In this document: one piece after another, positions 56,710 to 64,000 of the stretch | How the letters are laid out: each line of letters begins with the position of its first letter | How positions within the stretch are numbered: position 1 is the first letter of the stretch | Assembly: GCA_907165135.1 (NCBI GenBank) | Contig: OU015567.1 | Coordinates: forward strand, 2,418,001 to 2,482,000 | Direction of reading: 5' to 3' | DNA length: 64,000 nucleotides | From: Oikopleura dioica | Taxonomy: Eukaryota > Animalia > Chordata | Program-made: the position numbers and the translations under genes | The notes under the pieces: model-generated | The model's input: the letters and a program-made list of their open reading frames with translations, nothing else | Told to the model about the DNA's origin: nothing | Database searches by the model: none

Positions 56710-58639
56710 ATGATCGGCCAGGTTCTGGAAGGCCACTATGAAGTGATGCATGAGCTGAGAGAAACGAGAGAAGGAAAGCTTTATCATATCCTTGAGGACC
56801 GACAGGATGGTGAGCAGACTGTAAAAGTGCTAAATAAGATGCTGTTAATCTAAAATTCGGAGTGGGCTTCCTTCTTATTGAGGGAGGGGGGGGGGTCGAA
56901 GAGAATCGGGATTTTTGTAACCAAAAATCCAGGAAAACCTGATTAGATAGGTAAAATATGAAAAAACTGGTGAATAAAAAAGGGTTGAAACAATCTATCG
57001 GCGAGGGCTAGAAAATATTTCGGCCAGAAAAAGTCTGTGAAAAATCTTGTCAAAGTAGAGCCATTTTCGCAAAAATCCACCAAAAATGACCATTTTTTGA
57101 CAATTTTCAGCCCCTAATTTTTATTTTTATCAAGTGATTATAGGCTCAAAAGATTAAGGAGGATCTGTAGATTCCAAAAATTTGAATTTCATATGCAGAC
57201 TGTGTGTATACGCGAAATTACGATCAATCCTGAAAAAATTCTCGTCGACCCCCCCCATAAACCTTCTAACTAGGCATTAGAACTTGATTATTGAATATCA
57301 AATCATATTTTCAGAAAATAAAAGGAAGATGTTGAAGGGAATTGCACTTCTTGGACCAAGAGAAGAAAATGATGCGATTTTAGAAAGAGATACTCTTCAA
57401 GAACTAGAAATGGATTTTTTTTTTCTGGAAAATTTGAAAATTGAGAATCTTAGCTGAAAATAATAACGGGAAACCGAAAAAAGATCACGAGAACGTTATA
57501 AAAATGCTTGACCATTTCGAATTCTCTGCTACTAACGGATTCCGATATTATGCCATGATACTTGAATACCTTCCTGGTGGAGATTTAGCCCATTTTTTTC
57601 AGCGAATGCAGAATTATGGTAAGCCCTTTAAAATTAAATCGCATAAATATTGAAAAGATGAACAAACGGAAATGCTCTGGACTCAAAAGGGTGCTTTGCG
57701 AATTGCTGCCTAACTAGTTTTTGGTCTGAGTAAGTAAAAATTTTGCGATGCAACTGTACTTGTTGTTCACTCAATTCCTTGATAGGTTATATTCATGGCA
57801 AAAATATCAAGCATAGAGATCTCAAGCCTGAAAATATTCTTCTTACAGCTGATAGGCTGCAGGTTAAAATTGCTGATTTCAACATCTCTCGAACATCCGA
57901 GGAAACGATTGAGACAGGCGTCGCCGGATCGATGGAGTACTTGTCACCAGAAGAAATCAATGTTCAAGGAAATTCAGTTCCAGTCACCTTCAGTCAAGAC
58001 ATGTGGCCGCTTGGGATCATTTTTCAAATGTTGTGTACTTTTAGGAATGAGCTAACTTTTCTTCGATCCAAAATTAAATTCAACTTGTTAGTTTTCATAA
58101 GACATCCGTTTGCGTTTGGAAATCACTATCAGACGATGACGAATATCATAAATAATAATCGAGAACCCGCGGAAGTTGATTTCCCAGAGATGGAAGCCCT
58201 CATTCAACGATGCTTGGTTGTCGATATAAGCGAAAGAGCCGAAAGTGCTTCTGCATTGATGGCTCATCCTTCTCTATCTAGCCTTATACAACAGCTAGAA
58301 GCAGGAGTTCGACCGGCCGATTTGATTTTTCCATCGTCACGAGAAGACCCACTTTTAAACACGATCGAGTGGCAACGCGGGGAAATCGAACAATTAAGAA
58401 ACGAGCTCGCAGAAACACGACAGATGCTACATACAGAGACAGAGGGACTTGGCCATCTTACTGGAACCGAAAGGCGTCGACGTCCTCATGATACTGAAGT
58501 CGTGCGACGAATTTTAAGGGCGATGGCAGCAGGGGCGATCAATTTCAATTTTTTGGAATGGGATACATGTCACTTTTTCAGTGAAAACATACTTTTCTTG
58601 ATATTATCGCACTTTATTTATCCTAATGATAAAGTTTAA
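56710..58639 (+). pseudogene. Ser/Thr protein kinase gene with a premature stop
   Basis: MLK (beta3 Lys), LEYLPGGDL, YIH..IKHRDLKPENILL, KIADFN, YLSPE, DMWPLG and HPF are present. An in-frame TAA at 57711-57713 sits where Q is expected (IAA*LVFGLSYIH). Confidence 0.75.
56886..57256. mobile_element. MITE-like element in kinase intron 1
   Basis: gggggggtcgaagagaat (to 56906) pairs with attctcgtcgaccccccc (57238-57256) with one mismatch. Related end sequences occur near 50425 and 51980. Confidence 0.7.
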
Positions 58640-59080
58640 ATACGACAGAGAATTGAAAGTAACAGAATCTGGATGGAGACTCGAACATTCAACAAATATA
58701 AGAGGAAGAGACAGCGGCTTTTGGAAGTTGTTGCTTACTCACAATGGTTTGCTTAGCCAACTTTTCAATATAATACTGTATTTGATTTAAATTATCAATT
58801 TTCCTTAAGGCAGACGAAAGGAATTCGAAGCAAGTGGAGAGGACATTCGCCGTGGAACTGGGAGGAGCGAAAACTTGAAACAATATTTGACTCCGGACAA
58901 AAACGGTATTGTACGAATTGAAGGAAGGCATACGTTTATTAGATGGAATATAACAATGAAGAAATAATTTGATACTTATTCTGATTTTTTTATTATTTTT
59001 TTTTCCTTTTTAAATAAAAGAAAAGAGCTTAAAAATGTTGCTTATGATGATAAGAATACTCAAAATCTGTATGATAAGCT

Positions 59081-60730
59081 TTATTGCATCATCTGTGAAG
59101 GAAATTCGAAAATCGTCGCATAATACAGATCCAAATCACATTTTCCATTTTCATCGGGAACGACAACCGTTGTTGAAAACTTTCCAATAACATCAACCTT
59201 TTCTAAGCGACAGCTTCCTGTGTAGACAAAGTGGCCGAGTTGTATCGCCGAGCTGAGCCAGACACGTGACTCGTTTAGCTTCCCAAGCGTGGTCCACCGG
59301 CCGCTTTGATATCGTAATACATTTTCGGGAGATCTTCGTTGTCCGCCAAAGAGGAATATAGATTCTTGATCGGTGGTTAGAACATGTCCGGAGATTTCAG
59401 CCACCGAAAGATCCGGCCCATAAGTCCAAGAGCTATTTAATGATTCGAAAGAAGAAGATATATTGCAAAAACCCTTCTCAAAATCAAGAATCAATTCCTT
59501 CCGTCAAAAAACTCCATCTTATTATGACAAATGCCGCCAGCACAACCACCAACAGTGACCAATTGGTTCTTAAAAAATCTTTTGCGAAGCATTTCAAAAA
59601 AGCTTATACCTGAAACGTGACCATACTTGCCCAATCATGAGCAATCTGCGAATCGTTTTCAAATTCTTCTTGAACCTCTCCTGGCCGCCAAGAGTTGCAA
59701 GACTTGCTCAATCCTGTATAGAAACAGAGGCTCACTGCGTCGGCAAAAACGCTGCAAGATCCATAGTATCCATCAACATGCGGAATCGAGAGCTCTTCGT
59801 CCTGTACTTCTAGAGCGTTTCTGCCGACGATCGCGATTTGTCGGTACTGGAAATAGCTTCCCAAAACGTATGGCACTCCTCTGAAAACGACAGAGCAGGA
59901 GTCCTCGATGTCTAAAATCCTTTTAACCAAAAGCAAGGCGGATTAGCAACCAAGTTCGTTCAGCTTTGGTTCGTAAAGTGTCAACAAAGAAAGATTACTT
60001 ACTCGCCGGATAAGCGTAATCATAATCCACGGCCGTGTATGTTTGGGAAAATGTGTCGATAAGAAGGCCTTTGCCAATGCCGGCCTGTCTTGGGTTCAGG
60101 ATAAGGAGGTCTAAAAGGGACCAGAAAAATTCGCTCAAGTTCAATAGAAAATGTTCCAGAAAAAATATGCTATTGACTGCTACTTAATTTCGGAAGATCT
60201 TTTGAATCCAATAGCACCTCTAAAAGTCACCTAATTCAAGCCCCACAAGCTGTATCAAAAAGCTCTTGTGGTAAGGTGTTCGACCAGTTTGCGGTAACAC
60301 GCTCTTACTGAGTGTTTTCTATTTGAACAAAATCAACAGTTACGTAGCTATTGAATTCTGAATTGCTTCTGTGTCTTTTCCTCTGTAAGAACAAAATTCA
60401 TTTTCTGGACACGAGTCGCATATTGGACAATTCGGCCCACACGGACAATTTTGAGTACAATCGAGGAATTCGCCCTGGCATCTTGTAACACATCTAAGAC
60501 ACTTATATACTTTTTCTCTCTCACGAAGCTTACGAAAAATCACCATCTTGGCAGTTTCTAGAGCAGTAATCTAGATCGCCTGAACACTTTGATTGGCACC
60601 TCTCTCCTTTGCTCAAATCTCTTAAAAATATTTTTCATTACAGTAATGACTGTGAGCTTGGGACTTCTTACGGGCAAACGTCAGCTAATGACTTTGCAAT
60701 AAGGGCGGGGAGTAAATATCCAGTTCTCAT
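59081..60730 (-). CDS. Secreted Cys-rich plus Kelch/beta-propeller protein (expanded family), complete copy
   Basis: Signal MRTGYLLPALIAKSLA; CQSKC..YCSRNC..CVTRCQ..DCTQNCPCGPNCP; Kelch-like blades DSCSVVFRGVPYVLG, LVTVGG, IFLFGG..VLRYQSGRWTTLGKLNESR. Confidence 0.75.
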
Positions 60731-61419
60731 TTTTGAGTAATTTTTGGGAGAAGTTCGGAGCGGACCATTTTCAATTTTGGATAATGAAGCAAAAACACGT
60801 GCCGCGCTCTCAGATGAAAATAAGTTCGTTCTACTTTGTATTCCGCTCTTTGTGTTCGACGCTAGAAACAGACTCTAAAACCTAGTTGACCGAAGTGCAG
60901 GTGAAAGGAAAGAATGAATACAGCTTATTGGAAAGTTGAGGAATTTTAGTTGAATAAGAGTGGGGGAAGCGGTATGTGGATAATGATACCGCACAATATG
61001 TAACTTACGTACAACTCTAAGACGATTTTTCCTCAAAGAAGAGGGGCTTGAGATAAGAAATTATGCGATAAAAGGATTATAAGACCGAGAAAAATACCCT
61101 ATCAAAAATTAATTTAAACTTTGGCAAAAAAATAAACACGAAAACGACAGGAAATTCAAGATAAAAATCGAGCAAGAGTACGATTTGACAGCTGATTCTA
61201 ATCAAGCGCTTCTTTGAAATTCTAGAAAAAAAGTGTTGTCCCACGCCAAGATCAATGGACTGCCAGCTGGCAGATTTTCCGACAAGCTGGAAATTGATAT
61301 GCATCTGTTTCACTTCCCCTGCCACTCGAGGGCTGTATCATTCCAGTGGAAGCGAATAAATACGAGGAGAAGAGGCTCAAAAGTCATAATTAAAACACAA
61401 ATCAACAAAATCACCAGCA

Positions 61420-61611
61420 ATGATCTCCAAAACAACCATCAAGAACATCTTCTCCAGCAAGAAACACGAACGATTCGGGACTGAAGAAAAAGCAATGAAG
61501 GAATCTTTCAAGCACCAGAAATTCGACAATACTGAAATTCAACTTGCTTCTGCTACGAAGAACGACAAGCTCAAGAAGTTCTCTTTTGTGCGAAAATATG
61601 AACAGCTATAA
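61420..61611 (+). CDS. Small ORF or terminal exon (63 aa)
   Basis: An acceptor-like ccag lies just before the ATG and the stop is followed directly by aaataaataaa. Confidence 0.35.
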   Translation: MISKTTIKNIFSSKKHERFGTEEKAMKESFKHQKFDNTEIQLASATKNDKLKKFSFVRKYEQL

Positions 61612-62024
61612 ATAAATAAAAAACACAAAAAGCAAAATCAAATTCTTTCATTTTCAATTATTGAACGGTTTTCAATATTTTTATCAAGTGCATCCGCTGA
61701 TAAGCAGTCAGCACTAGAAATCTTTCCATATTTACTTCCGGACTTCAAAATAATCAAACGTTGCCACGAATCCTTTTAGAACTTGACTGGATATTAAACC
61801 AAAATCACTTTAGGTCGGCCTGAACGTGGCATTCCCCAAAGCCGACCTCGTCCTTGGAAGTCATTTTCAGTAAATCTTATTTATTTTTCCCTTTCTTGCA
61901 CTTTTGAGTCAAGTTTACCTATAATAATTGATCTCTCCTTTGAGATTATAAACATCTGTTTGATCGTACATTATATTTAAAGTTTGTAGTGCCAAGTCGT
62001 TTCAAATCATCAAGCAGCCCAAAA

Positions 62025-62808
62025 ATGAAACTTTCTTTGACCTTATTTCTCGCTGCTTCGGCTCAAGATTTGGCCGACCAACGATGTGTAGATTACAATC
62101 TTGGTCAACGATGCAAATCCGAATGCAATGGCGCTCTCTTCACTTGCGAGTCTGCTTGTGATCCCAATGACTACACGTGAGTTCGTTTTTTTTTCTTTCG
62201 ACAAGTTCATGGCTTATTTTTCTAGCTGCCAAACTCGGTGCCAATCAACCCACCTCGATTGCACCAACACCTGTCCTTGTGGCCCTGCTTGTCCTCTCGG
62301 GTGTAGTTCTAGCGATGGCTGCGCTCTTAACAGTTTCTGCTCCTACAGAAGCGTTCTGTTGATCAATCACGAGTGTGTAGCTGCTGCTTTCGTCATCAAC
62401 ACGGAAGATGATAGTGTCAAGGGGGCGGCATTCGACTATAATGTTCTCGGTAATCGAAGATCGATAGGTGCCAATGAAAACTTGTTTAGACATTGAGGAC
62501 TCCTGCTCTGTTGTGTTCAGAGGCGAAGCCTTGATCATCGGTGGTTATCAACGACCAAGGCAAATTTCGAAGCTCAATGAGTCGGGAACGTGCGGCATCT
62601 CTCACATGGTAATTATAAGTTTCATGGTGAAAGGGAAAAATACACTATAATTTTTAGTCTATAAAGATTCATTTTGAGAAGAAATATATATTTTTTTTCT
62701 AGAAATTGTTTTTTTAAGAATCATTTTTGCAATTTTTTTTCTAAGATTTATAGATAAAAGGAACATCTTAATCCTTACAGTCGAACACATGGATGGTATG
62801 TACTGCAA
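62025..62808 (+). pseudogene. Cys-rich/Kelch paralogue, apparently 3'-truncated
   Basis: MKLSLTLFLAASA..RCKSECNG..CQTRCQ..CTNTCPCGPACP..DIEDSCSVVFRGEALIIGG. No further blades are found before it meets the opposite-strand duplicate. Confidence 0.65.
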
Positions 62809-63783
62809 GATCCATAGTATCCATCAACATGCGGAATCGAGAGCTCTTCGTCCTGTACTTCTAGAGCGTTTCTGCCGACGATCGCAATTTGTCGGTACTG
62901 GAAATAGCTTCCCAAAACGTATGGAACTCCTCGAAACACGACGGAGCAGGAGTCCTCGATGTCTAAAATCCTTTTAACCAAAAGCAAGGCGGATTAGCAA
63001 CCAAGTTCGTTCAGCTCTGGTTCATAAAGTGTCAACAAAGAAAGATTACTTACTCGCCGGATAAGCGTAATCATAATCCACGGCCGTGTATGTTTGGGAG
63101 AGTGTGTCGATAAGAAGGCCTTTGCCAATGCCAGCCTGTCTTGGATTCAGGATAAGGAGGTCTAAAAGGGACCAGAAAATCAGCTCAAGTTCAATAGAAA
63201 ATAGTTCAGAAAAAATATGCTATTGACTGCTACTAAATTTCGGATGATCTTTTGAATCCAAGAGCACCTCTAAAAGTCACCTAACTCTAGCCCCACAAGC
63301 TGTATCAAAAAGCTCGTGTGGTTAGGTGTTCGACCAGTTTGCGGTAACACGCTTTTACTGAGTGTTTTCTATTTGAACAAAATCAACAGTTACGTAGCTA
63401 TTGAATTCTGAATTGCTTCTGTGTCTTTTCCTGTGTAAGAACAAAATTCATTTTCTGGGCACGAGTCGCATGTTGGACAATTCGGCCCACACGGACAATT
63501 TTGAGTACAATCCAGGAATTCGCCCTGGCATCGTGTAACACATCTTAAAGCGCGTTAAAATTTTTACATTTTCTCTCTCACGAAGCTTACGAAAAATCAC
63601 CATCTTGGCAGTTTCTAGAGCAGTAATGAAGGTCGCCTGAACACTTTGATTGGCACCTCTCTCCTTTGCTCAAATCTCTAAAAATTTTCATTACAGTAAT
63701 GACTGTAGGCTTGGGGCTTCTTACGGGCAAACGTCAGCTAATGACTTTGCAATAAGGGCGGGGAGTAAATATCCAGTTCTCAT
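62775..63783 (-). pseudogene. 3'-truncated duplicate of the 59081-60730 Kelch gene
   Basis: Near-identical to the 59752-60730 part of copy 1. It diverges after ...HVDGYYGSCS and stops at 62775. Confidence 0.7.
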
Positions 63784-64000
63784 TTTTGAGTAATTTTTGG
63801 GAGAAGTTCGGAGCGGATCATTTTCAATTTTGGAAAATGAAGCAAAAACACGTGCCGCGCTCTCAGATGAAATAAGTTCGTTCTACTTTGTATTCCGCCC
63901 TTTGTTTTCGACGCTAGAAACAGACTCTAAAACCTAGTTGACCGAAGTGCAGGTGGAAGGGAAAGAATGAATACAGCTTGTTGGAAGATTGAGGAATTTC
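62803..64000 (+). repeat. ~1.2-kb direct segmental duplication of 59752-~60948 (continues to the window end)
   Basis: Colinear high identity including introns and upstream sequence. Confidence 0.92.

Noticed and set aside
1-64000. CRISPR arrays, rRNA, tRNA, SL RNA or prokaryotic defence systems
   Set aside because: No regularly spaced direct repeats or recognisable RNA-gene sequences were seen by eye, and the gene structure is clearly spliced and eukaryotic. An Infernal or tRNAscan run would be needed to exclude small RNAs formally.

Overview
This is compact, AT-rich animal genomic DNA, most probably from the larvacean tunicate Oikopleura dioica or a close relative. The assignment rests on very short introns (mostly about 30-100 nt), several non-GT splice donors, and a ~2,300-aa house protein with 13 mucin-type Cys (WxxW) repeats matching oikosin-1. 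Genes were assembled by eye across introns, so exon boundaries and start codons are best estimates. Well-supported genes: a carotenoid-cleavage oxygenase, Rab6, a C3HGC3 RING protein, a DEG/ENaC channel, an oikosin-1-like protein, a P5B-ATPase (ATP13A), MDH1B, a glycine-receptor-like anion channel, FABP, a kinase with an in-frame stop, and three Cys-rich/Kelch paralogues. Mobile DNA includes a 5'-truncated Penelope-like element (GIY-YIG, inverted pLTRs each carrying a minimal hammerhead motif), a non-coding mini-element with two inverted hammerheads around a predicted pseudoknot, and several MITEs. The most unusual pattern is a set of GA/GG/TG-donor introns with subterminal inverted repeats, some sharing a 14-16-nt motif. 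This suggests a hairpin-type, transposon-derived (introner-like) intron system.
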